Shown here: piece after piece, positions 51,701-61,247 of the stretch | Position numbering within the stretch: position 1 is the first letter of the stretch | Layout: each line of letters starts with the position of its first letter | Assembly: GCA_013287475.1 (NCBI GenBank) | Contig: JABDDT010000007.1 | Location: forward strand, 6,110 to 70,109 | DNA from: Bacteroidota bacterium | GTDB lineage: Bacteria; Bacteroidota; Bacteroidia; Chitinophagales; Chitinophagaceae | Reading direction: 5' to 3' | DNA length: 64,000 nucleotides | Program-made: the position numbers and the translations under genes | Notes under the pieces: model-generated | What the model saw: only the letters and a program-made list of their open reading frames with translations | What the model was told of the DNA's origin: nothing | Database searches by the model: none

Positions 51701-51808
51701 TCCGCAATCCCAGAAACTGCCCGTGGCTTCCATAGTTAAAATGTATACCATACAGGCAAAAAGACAAACTACCCAGCCTGATATGTTATTCACCTTCTTA
51801 TAATTCAT
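48746..51808 (-). CDS. DUF2723 membrane protein (GT-C fold glycosyltransferase-like)
   Basis: FWDCGEF, HPPGAP, WYSAVEGEVY, RERDYAY, GDNDTYPLWY. Confidence 0.9.
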   Translation of the reverse strand: MNYKKVNNISGWVVCLFACMVYILTMEATGSFWDCGEFVSSAYKLQIPHPPGAPLFVMMGRFFIILFGDSPHTAARAVNFMSAILSGFTILFLFWSITHFARKIIQPKGLALNSQQIFTIMAAGTVGALCYTFCDSFWYSAVEGEVYGSSSFFTALVFWAILKWEDVAEDPVADRWLIFIFYMMGLSIGVHLLNLLTIPAIVMVYYYKRYKTTAWGSVFAFFIGCVITGLVQKFVIQYTIKGAAWFDILFVNSLNLPFFTGFAFFFIALAAILVYALRYAIRKKYYLLKIGIWSISFMLLGYSTYFTTMIRSNADPAVDMFNVDNPVTLVGYLSRDQYGDWPIVYGPDFTDRPGRSEGSDQYVKGKDKYELAGKSVAQDWNNTPSSHFFPRMWDNSNDRGQVEVYKQFGNVAEGDQPTMGNNIRYFITYQTYWMYLRYFFWNFSGKQNDLEGFGNIRDGNAITGIPFIDNYFYGDQSKMPDSIHTKNKSYNRMYALPFILGMIGLFFQYNRNRKDFIINGLLFFFTGMAIVIYLNQAGQQPRERDYAYVGSFYAFAIWVGLGVIWVKEMFEKFMQAPMANYVSAGLCLLAVPVIMGNQEWDDHDRSKKTLARDLAKDYLESCPPNAMLFSFGDNDTYPLWYAQEVEGIRPDVRVVVNSLLGTDWYMNELRYKVNQSPPFDIIFTKEQIQGTKRDVAYVAPLPGFDQKKYYDLYDILKNVVGSDDPKYTQQQDDDVFNLMPVKKFSVPVDLEAVKAAGLVHEGDSVLSELKIDINRSYLLKNDLAIYAIIAANHWKRPICFTSTQELKDLGLDKYVRLRGLSYQLVPFDKGSVDNDAAYNTIMNKFAYGNAITPGVYYDEENRRHLNSIRMAHSQVAFSLVDAGKKDSARNVLEHFDKNVYEPNFPYGMTSNRGNQQDAISTDFLQACYVAGDLTLAKKVEASLKKDLQQQMRYYKSLGDETSDDQLATNAYMMLQGKGGTLSDRQQQFTQDIFTTYRMLMQIDQMDKQYSAKPPVDNKLK

Positions 51809-51878
51809 AGTCCGTTGATTTTTAGGAGTGACAAATATAGAGAGACTGGCGGACTATTATGCAAAAGCAAGTTAAAAC

Positions 51879-52135
51879 TGTGAGAGTGTGAGAGTGTGAG
51901 GGTGTGAGAGTGAGAAGTATAAGAGTATAGGAGTATAAGAGTATAAGAGTATGGGAGTATAGGATTGGCGGAGAATTTTACATACGCTTAACAAATTTGT
52001 CTTACAACTAAAACAAATATTACTCTATCAAATTATTTACACTCTTATACTCTTATACTCTTATACTCTTATACTCTTATACTCTTATACTCTTATACTC
52101 TTACACTTCACTCTCACACCCTCACACTCTCACAC
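51879..52135. repeat. Long composite inverted repeat built from two octamer arrays
   Basis: Left (gtgtgaga)n-(agtataag)n at 51879-51964; right (actcttat)x7-(actctcac)n at 52039-52135. Confidence 0.95.
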
Positions 52136-52944
52136 TATTCAAAGTAAACCTTGACAGTCTGGTAAAAAAGGTGATGCTGTAGTGACTGGTCGGTAAAATC
52201 CTGAAGACCGAACAATCCGGCAGCGTTACCTTTATTGATGGCCACTTCCAGGTAATTGGCAGAATTAAAGATGGCCAGTTTTTCTCCCAGAGCCACGTCG
52301 GCATAGGATTCACTGATCCTGTCGATGATTTCATTCCTTTTAAAAACGATCCGGAAGCTCCGGCCTTTGCGTTGTGCTTCAAATTCATCCCGGGTAATAT
52401 TGACAATTACATTTTCGAATTTGTCGATGAAAATGATCTGTCCTTCAATATAATTATCACCCAATAACGGACGAAGGTCATTTTTTTGAATATATTTTAT
52501 ATCAGGATCGCCCATGGTTTCAGGTAAAGCACCTGCTTCCATGGCAAAGATAGCCTGACCGATCTGACGGGTACAATAAAGCGTATTCTTGATTTCATTT
52601 TTATCCAGGGGCAGCCCAACGATTTTATCGGGTTTACCCGGAAGAATCATATCCAGGAGACCGTTGTCAGCGCAAAAAATGAATTGTCCGTTTGAACTGG
52701 CGAAAATTAAATGCTCAGGTTTTTGTTCAAAAAGGTTTACAAGAATGATATGATAAGTATTCTCAGGAAACTGCCAGATGGCATTACGGCAGATATATGC
52801 AGCCTGGGGATAATTGAAAGGCGCGATCTGATGTGAAATATCGTGAATGCGGAAAGTTGAATCTATCTGAAGAAGCTGACCTCTGACTGCTCCGGCAATA
52901 TAATCCTGCAGGCCGAAGTCGGAAGTAAGGGTAATAAGCGCCAT
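52135..52944 (-). CDS. SAM hydrolase / SAM-dependent halogenase family (DUF62), divergent
   Basis: ITLTSDFG, DISHQI, ADNGLL, IDKFENVIVNI, NSANYLEVAINKGNA. Confidence 0.85.
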   Translation of the reverse strand: MALITLTSDFGLQDYIAGAVRGQLLQIDSTFRIHDISHQIAPFNYPQAAYICRNAIWQFPENTYHIILVNLFEQKPEHLIFASSNGQFIFCADNGLLDMILPGKPDKIVGLPLDKNEIKNTLYCTRQIGQAIFAMEAGALPETMGDPDIKYIQKNDLRPLLGDNYIEGQIIFIDKFENVIVNITRDEFEAQRKGRSFRIVFKRNEIIDRISESYADVALGEKLAIFNSANYLEVAINKGNAAGLFGLQDFTDQSLQHHLFYQTVKVYFE

Positions 52945-52975
52945 CTTGATCGGTTCGTTTAAGATTATCCCTCCC

Positions 52976-53782
52976 TCATTTAACCAGTTCCCCGTTTTTG
53001 AAATAGTGCCTGTGTACCAGCCTGTCTGTCAGGGAAGGGAAAAATTTATTTAAGAAAACCGTGAACTTTCCGGTGAAGGTAAGCACCAGCACCCTTTTTC
53101 TTTTTTCAATTGCATTCAAAATATATTTAGCACAGACTTCTGCACTCATCAGTTTGGATTCGTCGAGCACACTTTCACCCTGGCTTAAACCTTTGCTGTT
53201 CAGCGCTGCATGCCGAATATTGGAAGTAGTAAATCCCGGTGAAACCCACATTACGTGAACGCCTGTATACATTAATTCTGTTCTCAAGGATTCAAGCCAT
53301 CCCTGCAAGGCGAATTTTGAGGCAGAATAACCGCTTCTGCCAGGCAGTCCCCGGTAACCGGCAGTTGAAGAAATTCCCACAACGGTTCCTTTTTGTTCAA
53401 TAATATATGGTAGCGCAGCTTTTGTACAATAAACCGCACCCATAAAATTGACATCCATCAGTCGGCGGATTACATCAGTATCTGTATCGTCGAAAAGAGA
53501 ACGCATACTGATGCCTGCATTATTGATCAGAATATCGATTGTTCCAAAAGTTTCTACAGTTGAATGGATAAAACGCTTGCATTCTTCTTCATTACTCACA
53601 TCACAGACCATAGTATGTAACATGAACTGGGAAAATTCGAGTTGAAGGGCATAAAGTTTATCATGCTGTCTGCCGCAGGTAGCCACTTTGGCGCCAGCAT
53701 CAATAAGCAAACCGATCAGTGCCCTCCCGATACCGTCACTGCCACCTGTTACAATTACCACCTTATTGTTGAAAAACGACAT
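52976..53782 (-). CDS. SDR family oxidoreductase
   Basis: TGGSDGIG, NNAG, YSASK. Confidence 0.92.
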   Translation of the reverse strand: MSFFNNKVVIVTGGSDGIGRALIGLLIDAGAKVATCGRQHDKLYALQLEFSQFMLHTMVCDVSNEEECKRFIHSTVETFGTIDILINNAGISMRSLFDDTDTDVIRRLMDVNFMGAVYCTKAALPYIIEQKGTVVGISSTAGYRGLPGRSGYSASKFALQGWLESLRTELMYTGVHVMWVSPGFTTSNIRHAALNSKGLSQGESVLDESKLMSAEVCAKYILNAIEKRKRVLVLTFTGKFTVFLNKFFPSLTDRLVHRHYFKNGELVK

Positions 53783-53893
53783 ATACTTTTTTGATAGCGT
53801 AAAATTAGGTTAAGAAAAGAATAGTGCGGCACCTAATTGGTATTATCTGAATTGATCCATAGTTTCATAAATCGAACAATTAGTCTGATCAGC

Positions 53894-55303
53894 ATGAAAT
53901 ATGCTTTAGTTATTTTATTCTTCGGCATTTTAATTAGCGGAAGAAGCCAGAATCCTGTTTATCCATTGCCATCCGTTAAACAATTGGCATGGCAAGCCGC
54001 GCCATTTTATTTATTCATACACTTCGGACCGAATACATTTACCGATCTGGAATGGGGAAAGGGATCCGAAAAAGAAGAACTGTTTAATCCGACGGCGATG
54101 GACTGCCGTCAATGGTGCAGGATTGCTAAAGAAGCAGGTGCCAGCGGCATTGTTATTACTGCCAAACACCACGATGGATTTTGTTTATGGCCCAGCGCTT
54201 ATTCAACACATACCGTTGCGCAAAGTAAATGGAAGAATGGACATGGAGATGTTTTGAAAGAATTATCTATTGCATGCAGGGAGTACGGATTATCATTTGG
54301 TGTATATCTTTCTCCCTGGGATAGAAATCATCCTGCATACGGAACGCCGGCCTACAATGATATCTTTATTAATATGATGAAAGAAGTGGTTTCGCAATAC
54401 GGACCATTTTTTGAATTCTGGTGGGATGGTGCGAACGGGGAAGGGCCAAATGGGAAAAAGCAGGTTTATGACTGGCATAGGTTTGAAACCACTATGCGTG
54501 AGATTGCGCCCAAAACAATGGTATTTAGTGATATCGGTCCGGATATGCGCTGGGCAGGAAATGAAAACGGGATAGCCGGATTTACAAACTGGAATCTGTT
54601 GGATACGGCAGGTTTTAGCAGGGGATTGGGTGCGCCTCCGAATGATACACTTAACCAGGGAAATATAAATGGCAGGAATTGGATTCCTGCCGAATGCGAT
54701 GTAAGTATAAGACCGGGTTGGTTTTACCATGTAAAAGAGGACAGTCTGGTGAAATCTCCTGAAAAACTTTTTGATATTTACCTGAAGTCTGTTGGCCGTG
54801 GGGCGAATTTAATTTTAAATGTTCCTCCGAACCCCAGAGGTCTCATTTCACCTTATGATTCTGCGGCTCTCATGGGATTTGCAAAATTAAGGAAGGAAAG
54901 TTTCGGGGATCTTCTTTCGAATAATGATCAGTCAGTTGTTTATTTATATGGGAAAAATAATAAGGAAATATCCGCAGGAAAGAATGGAGTTATTTATTGG
55001 GGGAATAACTTTAAAGATGAATTTTTGGAAATATTATTCAATAAAAAAATTACGATCAATTGTATTCTCCTGAACGAAGCGCTTCAGTGGGGTCAGCGGG
55101 TAAAATCTTTTGAAATTGAAATCTATGATAAGGATTCCCTGCAATTTAAAAAAGCGTATACAACCTTGGGGCATCAGCGTATTATCAGTTTTCCAACAAG
55201 GAACAGTAACCGAATTATTATAAGGATCACGGATGCCAAATCGGATCCAAGGCTCAATGGACTTTCAGTTTATCATATTCCGGAAATGCTGGTGGAAAAA
55301 TAA
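53894..55303 (+). CDS. Alpha-L-fucosidase (GH29)
   Basis: FIHFG, TAKHHDGFCLWPS, YLSPWDR, WWDGA nucleophile, ECDVSIRPGWFYH. Confidence 0.93.
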   Translation: MKYALVILFFGILISGRSQNPVYPLPSVKQLAWQAAPFYLFIHFGPNTFTDLEWGKGSEKEELFNPTAMDCRQWCRIAKEAGASGIVITAKHHDGFCLWPSAYSTHTVAQSKWKNGHGDVLKELSIACREYGLSFGVYLSPWDRNHPAYGTPAYNDIFINMMKEVVSQYGPFFEFWWDGANGEGPNGKKQVYDWHRFETTMREIAPKTMVFSDIGPDMRWAGNENGIAGFTNWNLLDTAGFSRGLGAPPNDTLNQGNINGRNWIPAECDVSIRPGWFYHVKEDSLVKSPEKLFDIYLKSVGRGANLILNVPPNPRGLISPYDSAALMGFAKLRKESFGDLLSNNDQSVVYLYGKNNKEISAGKNGVIYWGNNFKDEFLEILFNKKITINCILLNEALQWGQRVKSFEIEIYDKDSLQFKKAYTTLGHQRIISFPTRNSNRIIIRITDAKSDPRLNGLSVYHIPEMLVEK

Positions 55304-55335
55304 ATAACTGCTCCATTCGTAAAATTTTAATTTGA

Positions 55336-56904
55336 ATGCAGATAAAAAGGGAAGCGCTGATAGAACAGATGGCAGATCCGTCAAAGGTCTGGGATATTAT
55401 CATAGTCGGGGGCGGGGCCACCGGACTGGGCATAGCAGTGGATGCGGCTTCCCGGGGATTTAAGACATTACTGCTCGAACAATCTGATTTTGCAAAAGGA
55501 ACATCAAGCCGAAGTACTAAACTTGTACACGGGGGAGTCCGTTATCTTTCCCAGGGTAATATCGGATTGGTCATAGAAGCACTTCGTGAACGGGGGATAT
55601 TAATGAACAATGCACCCCACCTTGTACGGAATGAAAGTTTTATCATTCCTAATTACTCATGGTGGAGTGGTTTATTTTATTCTGTCGGTCTTTCTGTATA
55701 CGATTTACTCGCAGGGAAAAGGAGCTTTGGTCGTTCGCGTTTGATTACGAGAAGAGAAATTATAAGGCGCATTCCGAATATCAGGCAAAAAGGGTTGAAA
55801 CTGGGCGTGCTTTATCATGATGGTCAATTTGATGACGCCAGACTGGCAGTCAGTCTCGCTATGACTGGTATAGAACAGGGAGCTACTCTCCTGAATTACT
55901 TTCGCGTTTGTGGTCTGACCAAAGATGGAATAAAAATAAATGGTCTTATCGCAAAAGACCAGGAAACGGGAATTCAATATGCACTCAAGGCAAAAACAGT
56001 CATAAATGCTACGGGTGTTTTTGTAGATGAGCTGCTGAATATGGATGTACCTGAAGCAAGGCCCATTGTACAACCCAGTCAGGGCGTTCACCTGGTATTT
56101 AATAAATCTTTCCTGGGACCGCATGATGCTCTGATGATTCCTAAAACTAAAGACGGGAGGGTTTTGTTTATCATTCCCTGGCATGACCGGATGCTGGCTG
56201 GCACGACAGATACACCTCTGAATGCTCATCAGCTGGAGCCGAGGGCTTTGGAAGAGGAAATAAAATTTATATTGGATTCCGCAGCTGACTATCTAACGAG
56301 AATACCTGGACGAAAAGATGTGCTGAGTGTTTTTGCCGGACTCCGTCCGCTTGCAGCGCCGCAAAATGAAAAACAAAAAACAAAGGAAATTTCGAGATCA
56401 CATAAATTAATTATTTCTGAATCGGGACTGATAACCATTACAGGTGGGAAATGGACAACTTATCGTCAGATGGCGGAAGAAACCGTTAATGCTGCCATAG
56501 GAGTTGGGAAACTTCCATATCGGATTGCTGTTACAAAAACACTCTCCCTGCATGGTTTTAAAGAATCAGTTGAATGGACTGATCCTTTTTTTGTTTATGG
56601 AAGCGACGCAAATGCTGTGAAAGCGCTGGTAAAAGAAAATATTACCTGGAAAGAAGTGCTGGATTCAAGACTGCCTTATATCGGTGCAGAAGTAATTTGG
56701 GCGACCCGATTCGAAATGGCGAGGACAATTGAAGATGTTCTGGCACGCAGAACCAGGGCTTTATTTTTGGATGCCCGCGCTGCAATGGATATGGCACCTG
56801 CAGTAGCCCGTTTAATGGCCGGGGAATTAAAAAAAGAGGAGGATTGGGAAAAAGAACAAATGTTATCTTTCCTTCAGGTTGCTAAAAACTATATTTTAAG
56901 CTGA
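55336..56904 (+). CDS. glpD: FAD-dependent glycerol-3-phosphate dehydrogenase
   Basis: GGGATG, GTSSRSTKLVHGGVRYL, GGKWTTYR. Confidence 0.95.
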   Translation: MQIKREALIEQMADPSKVWDIIIVGGGATGLGIAVDAASRGFKTLLLEQSDFAKGTSSRSTKLVHGGVRYLSQGNIGLVIEALRERGILMNNAPHLVRNESFIIPNYSWWSGLFYSVGLSVYDLLAGKRSFGRSRLITRREIIRRIPNIRQKGLKLGVLYHDGQFDDARLAVSLAMTGIEQGATLLNYFRVCGLTKDGIKINGLIAKDQETGIQYALKAKTVINATGVFVDELLNMDVPEARPIVQPSQGVHLVFNKSFLGPHDALMIPKTKDGRVLFIIPWHDRMLAGTTDTPLNAHQLEPRALEEEIKFILDSAADYLTRIPGRKDVLSVFAGLRPLAAPQNEKQKTKEISRSHKLIISESGLITITGGKWTTYRQMAEETVNAAIGVGKLPYRIAVTKTLSLHGFKESVEWTDPFFVYGSDANAVKALVKENITWKEVLDSRLPYIGAEVIWATRFEMARTIEDVLARRTRALFLDARAAMDMAPAVARLMAGELKKEEDWEKEQMLSFLQVAKNYILS

Positions 56905-56987
56905 GGCCTAAAGCCCAAAGCCCAAAGCTTTTTAATCGGCTAACGGCCAACGGCCAACGGTCAACCGTTAACCGTCAACCGTCAACG
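56900..56987. repeat. Two adjacent heptamer arrays (CCYAAAG; GYCAACS)
   Basis: cctaaag cccaaag cccaaag; gctaacg gccaacg gccaacg gtcaacc gttaacc gtcaacc gtcaacg. Confidence 0.9.
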
Positions 56988-57001
56988 AAAAGAATTGCTT
57001 T

Positions 57002-58495
57002 ATGAAAAAATACATCCTCGCATTAGATCAGGGAACAACAAGTTCGCGGGCAATTCTTTTCGACCGCACAGGTCAAATACAATCCATTGCACAAAAAGAA
57101 TTCACGCAGATATTTCCCCGGCCAGGATGGGTTGAACACGATCCACTTGAAATCTGGTCCACTCAGACGAGTGTTGCGGCGGAAGCAAGGTTAAAATTAG
57201 GAGTATCTGTTTCAGAAATTGCAGCTATCGGGATTACCAATCAGCGTGAAACGACTATTGTCTGGGACAAACAAACTGGTGAGCCGGTGTATAATGCCAT
57301 TGTTTGGCAGGACAGGAGAACAGCTCCATTCTGTGAGCAAATGAAGCAATCCGGATTGTCAGAAAAAATTCGATCAAAAACAGGACTGGTGATCGACGCT
57401 TATTTTTCAGGATCCAAGATCCGCTGGATTCTTGAAAATGTTCAGGGTGCCAGAAAAAAAGCTATGGAAGGTAAACTGGCTTTTGGTACAGTCGATTCAT
57501 GGCTGGTTTGGAAATTCACCCATGGTAAGGTGCATGCCACCGATATTACAAATGCTTCGCGTACCATGTTGTATAATATCAGGGATCAGAAATGGGATGA
57601 AGAATTATTGCAGATCATGGAAATTCCTGAAAGCATGCTGCCAGAAGTAAAGGAATCAAGTGAAATATATGGAGAAACTGATTACAGTATTTTTTCGGAG
57701 AAAATTCCAATTGCTGGTATCGCAGGTGATCAGCACGCGGCGCTATTTGGACAAATGTGTCTTGAAAAAGGAATGGTAAAAAATACTTATGGGACGGGTT
57801 GTTTCATGCTGATGAATATCGGGGATCATTTCGTTGAATCAAAAAATAATTTGCTGACAACAGTTGCCTGGAAAATTAACGGACGCATTCAATATGCTTT
57901 TGAAGGTAGTATTTTTATTGCTGGTGCTGTAGTACAATGGATGCGCGACGGATTAGGTATTATCAAAAGTTCATCCGAAATAGAAGCCCTGGCAATGCAG
58001 GTAGAAGATACGAATGGTGTTTGTTTTGTGCCGGCATTTGCAGGCCTCGGAGCACCTTATTGGAATCCTGATGCCAGAGGAACAATAGTTGGTATCTCCA
58101 GAGGCACACGGGCAGCACATATAGCTCGTGCTGCCGTGGAATCCATCGCTTATCAGACGATGGATGTTTTGAAGGCAATGGAAGCAGATGCCGGAATTTT
58201 AATTAAAGAATTGAGAGTGGACGGGGGGGCAACTGCGAATAATCTGCTCATGCAATTTCAGGCTGACCTTCTCAATTGTAAAGTAATCCGTCCGGTGATT
58301 ACAGAAACAACAGCGTTAGGTGCTGCTTATTTGGCTGGTTTGGCTGTTGGGTTCTGGAAAAACAGTGCTGAAATTTCTCAATGGTGGAAATCTGAAAAGG
58401 AATTTTTACCTGTAGCTTCACCAATTGTAATGCAGGCTGGAATTGATTCATGGAAACAAGCTGTTCGTACTGCCCAGAACTGGAGTAAAAAATAA
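57002..58495 (+). CDS. glpK: Glycerol kinase
   Basis: [38 protein letters not shown]. Confidence 0.97.
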   Translation: MKKYILALDQGTTSSRAILFDRTGQIQSIAQKEFTQIFPRPGWVEHDPLEIWSTQTSVAAEARLKLGVSVSEIAAIGITNQRETTIVWDKQTGEPVYNAIVWQDRRTAPFCEQMKQSGLSEKIRSKTGLVIDAYFSGSKIRWILENVQGARKKAMEGKLAFGTVDSWLVWKFTHGKVHATDITNASRTMLYNIRDQKWDEELLQIMEIPESMLPEVKESSEIYGETDYSIFSEKIPIAGIAGDQHAALFGQMCLEKGMVKNTYGTGCFMLMNIGDHFVESKNNLLTTVAWKINGRIQYAFEGSIFIAGAVVQWMRDGLGIIKSSSEIEALAMQVEDTNGVCFVPAFAGLGAPYWNPDARGTIVGISRGTRAAHIARAAVESIAYQTMDVLKAMEADAGILIKELRVDGGATANNLLMQFQADLLNCKVIRPVITETTALGAAYLAGLAVGFWKNSAEISQWWKSEKEFLPVASPIVMQAGIDSWKQAVRTAQNWSKK

Positions 58496-58505
58496 AATAA
58501 ACCAT

Positions 58506-59234
58506 ATGACCCCTTTTCTGGCTGAATTTATGGGTACAGGAACCCTGATCCTGTTAGGCAATGGGGTAGTTGCCAACGTAGTACTGACAGATACCAAGGG
58601 ACATAACGGCGGATGGATTGTTATAACAACCGGATGGGCACTGGCTGTATATGCAGGTATTGTAATTGCAAATCCATATAGCGGAGCGCATTTAAATCCT
58701 GCCGTCACGTTGGCTATGGCAGTTGCAGGCAAACTGGAGTGGTCTTCTGTTCTTCCCTATATAACTGCACAAATGCTGGGTGCTATGACAGGTCAGTTAC
58801 TTGTCTGGTTGGTTTATCACGATCACTTCAACCGTACAAAGGATCCCGGATTAAAACTTGCAGCATTTTCAACGGAACCTGCTATCAGGAATAATTTCGC
58901 CAATCTGTTCAGTGAAATAGTCGGAACCTTTGTATTGGTTTTTGTTGTTTTTTATATTACAGGTGCAGAAATTACTGACAGTAAAACAAAAATTGGTCTG
59001 GGGTCTATCGGAGCCTTACCGGTGGCTTTTTTGGTATGGGCTATCGGATTATCACTTGGAGGAACCACAGGATATGCCATAAATCCGGCAAGAGATCTGG
59101 GACCCCGTATTATGCATTTTCTTCTTCCTATAAAAGATAAAAAAAATAGTGATTGGGGTTATTCATGGATTCCGGTTGCAGGACCGATTCTGGGTGGGTT
59201 ACTGGCAACCTGGATTTATATGGCATTTAAATAA
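58506..59234 (+). CDS. glpF: Glycerol uptake facilitator (aquaglyceroporin)
   Basis: SGAHLNPAV and GYAINPARD motifs. Confidence 0.95.
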   Translation: MTPFLAEFMGTGTLILLGNGVVANVVLTDTKGHNGGWIVITTGWALAVYAGIVIANPYSGAHLNPAVTLAMAVAGKLEWSSVLPYITAQMLGAMTGQLLVWLVYHDHFNRTKDPGLKLAAFSTEPAIRNNFANLFSEIVGTFVLVFVVFYITGAEITDSKTKIGLGSIGALPVAFLVWAIGLSLGGTTGYAINPARDLGPRIMHFLLPIKDKKNSDWGYSWIPVAGPILGGLLATWIYMAFK

Positions 59235-59357
59235 ATGGGTTAACCCATATCCGTAAACCTTTTAAAACGCCATAAAGCCGTTAGCCTAGTAATCCGGTGA
59301 ACGGGCATCGCAATAACTTATCTTGATTGTATTGCTCACCTACAAAACCGTTCATTT

Positions 59358-60449
59358 ATGATTAAGTATACTTTTACCCGTATTGCAGTATTCATCTGCC
59401 TTCTTTGTTCCGGTCATGGAGTTCAGGCACAGCAGGCATTTATTCCCCGTGAACCCAGTCCTGCAGCAAATGTTTCTCAAATTATCGGCATTTCCACCAT
59501 CTCAGTGAATTATTCCCGACCCTCTGTAAAAGGTAGAGAAATCTGGGGTAACCTTGTTCCCTATGGCTGGAATGTTCAGGGCTTCGGAGCAGGCAATAGT
59601 GCACCATGGCGGGCAGGAGCAAATGAAAATACAGTACTTCACTTGTCCCATTCAGCAACCGTGGAAGATAATCTGGTACCTGCGGGCGATTACGGATTGT
59701 TTTTTGTGATTAATAAAGACAATTCAGGTGAGGTAATTCTTTCAAAAGATTATCAGTCGTGGGGAAGTTTTTTCTATGATCCAAAGCAGGATCAGATGCG
59801 TGCAAAAATAACTATTCGCGATGTTCCAGTTTCAACAGAGCGATTGACTTACACATTTGATATACTGGATAAAAATACTGCAGAGCTCGATCTGAATTGG
59901 GAGAAGAAACAATTTCCTGTAAAAATCGTATATGCGGTAGATGAGATTTTTTTGGCAAATGCTTTAGAATTATTCAAGGGACAAACCGGATTTACCTGGC
60001 AGAATTATAATGCAGCTGCGAATTATACGCTGACCAGTAAAACAAACACCGATCAGGGATTGAAATGGGCGGACCGTGCCATTCTCATGAATCCAAATTT
60101 TACGGATATTTCGACCAAGGCAGATCTTTTGGCACTATCTGGTAATAACGCGGAATCTGAAAAATTAATGAAGGATGCAATGGCGATTGCTACAGAAAAT
60201 GAATTGAATAATTATGGCTACCAGTTGCTGGGTAATAAGCAATTTGATAAGGCGATTGCAGCGTTAAAGGCGAATGCAGAAAAACATCCTGCAAGTGCGA
60301 ATTGCTGGGACAGCCTCGGAGAAGCATATGCGCTTTCAGGTGACAAACAAAATGCAATACTCAACTTCAAAAAATCTTTAAGCCTGAATCCACCGGAACC
60401 TGTAAAGGCTAATTCAGAAAAATATTTGAAACAACTGGGAGCGATGTAA
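59358..60449 (+). CDS. DUF2911 protein with C-terminal TPRs
   Basis: YSRPSVKGREIWGNLVPYG, WRAGANE; TPR motif WDSLGEAY. Confidence 0.88.
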   Translation: MIKYTFTRIAVFICLLCSGHGVQAQQAFIPREPSPAANVSQIIGISTISVNYSRPSVKGREIWGNLVPYGWNVQGFGAGNSAPWRAGANENTVLHLSHSATVEDNLVPAGDYGLFFVINKDNSGEVILSKDYQSWGSFFYDPKQDQMRAKITIRDVPVSTERLTYTFDILDKNTAELDLNWEKKQFPVKIVYAVDEIFLANALELFKGQTGFTWQNYNAAANYTLTSKTNTDQGLKWADRAILMNPNFTDISTKADLLALSGNNAESEKLMKDAMAIATENELNNYGYQLLGNKQFDKAIAALKANAEKHPASANCWDSLGEAYALSGDKQNAILNFKKSLSLNPPEPVKANSEKYLKQLGAM

Positions 60450-60454
60450 GAACA

Positions 60455-60484
60455 AGTGTGAGAGTGTGAGAGTGTGAGAGTGTG
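60455..60484. repeat. Octamer array (AGTGTGAG), about 4 units
   Basis: Same unit as the 51879 arm; lies right after the DUF2911 stop. Confidence 0.85.
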
Positions 60485-60504
60485 GATACTATTTTTTAAA
60501 AGGA

Positions 60505-60546
60505 AAAAGGAAAGATCTCAGTCCCGGTCTTTCCTTTTATTTTTTA
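60505..60546. terminator. Probable bidirectional terminator
   Basis: aaaaggaaaga...tctttcctttt with A/T tails, between convergent genes. Confidence 0.6.
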
Positions 60547-60561
60547 GTTAAACCTTTCAGA

Positions 60562-61041
60562 TTATTCAGCATTATCTTTCTTTTCTTTCTGAAATGTCTG
60601 CCAGCCATTGATTCCTTCAGATTTCAATACAACTTTCTGATCAGCGTTTTCAAGAGTTGCAAAATATGAAGTACCAGTTTCTGTTTGAATTTCAAAAAGA
60701 TCACTTACCCAATAATTGGAATTTGCTTTTTTAAGGGAAGTTAATAATTCAAGTGGTAATTGATTCGGACTGATAAAACGTGTCACAGCAATTAATTCTC
60801 CACTTTTATTGAAGTAAGCAAACAACACCATATCGTTTACATTGAACTGAGCTTTTACAAAATTTGCATTGATTTCCCATTGAATGTTGCTGGCATTTGC
60901 AAATTCCCTGTTGAAAGAATTGATTACATTTTTACTGATGGAAGCAGGAGCGACACTTGTTGCAGTCGGTGTAACTGAGGCAAAACTAAAAGCAGTAAAA
61001 CTTACCAGGGCGATACTTAGAAGCAGGATTCTCTTTTTCAT
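60562..61041 (-). CDS. Secreted hypothetical protein (PepSY/BLIP-like)
   Basis: MKKRILLL signal peptide; SFNREF..IQW..AYFNKSGEL..LP. Confidence 0.75.
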   Translation of the reverse strand: MKKRILLLSIALVSFTAFSFASVTPTATSVAPASISKNVINSFNREFANASNIQWEINANFVKAQFNVNDMVLFAYFNKSGELIAVTRFISPNQLPLELLTSLKKANSNYWVSDLFEIQTETGTSYFATLENADQKVVLKSEGINGWQTFQKEKKDNAE

Positions 61042-61082
61042 TTTTTTTGTTTTTATTGGTTTGTTACGATTGATTGACGATA

Positions 61083-61174
61083 CAAATATATAGCACTTAA
61101 TAGTACTATGCAAAACATAGTAGTATGAATGGCATAATAATATGTATAAACGGTGAAATAAGCTTGATGAATGT
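61083..61174 (-). promoter_or_regulatory. Three 9-bp direct repeats 21 bp apart plus a -7 box
   Basis: Minus strand acattcatc / ccgtttata / ccattcata, then TATATTTG (61090-61083). Confidence 0.55.
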
Positions 61175-61247
61175 CATTTTAACATAAATTCTGAGGATAG
61201 GACTACATATAAAAGAGCTTTGTTACCTTTAATTCAAACATTCTTTT

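Noticed and set aside
59235-59248. 14-bp palindrome atgggttaacccat after glpF
   Set aside because: Short, with no U tail; could be chance or a weak terminator.
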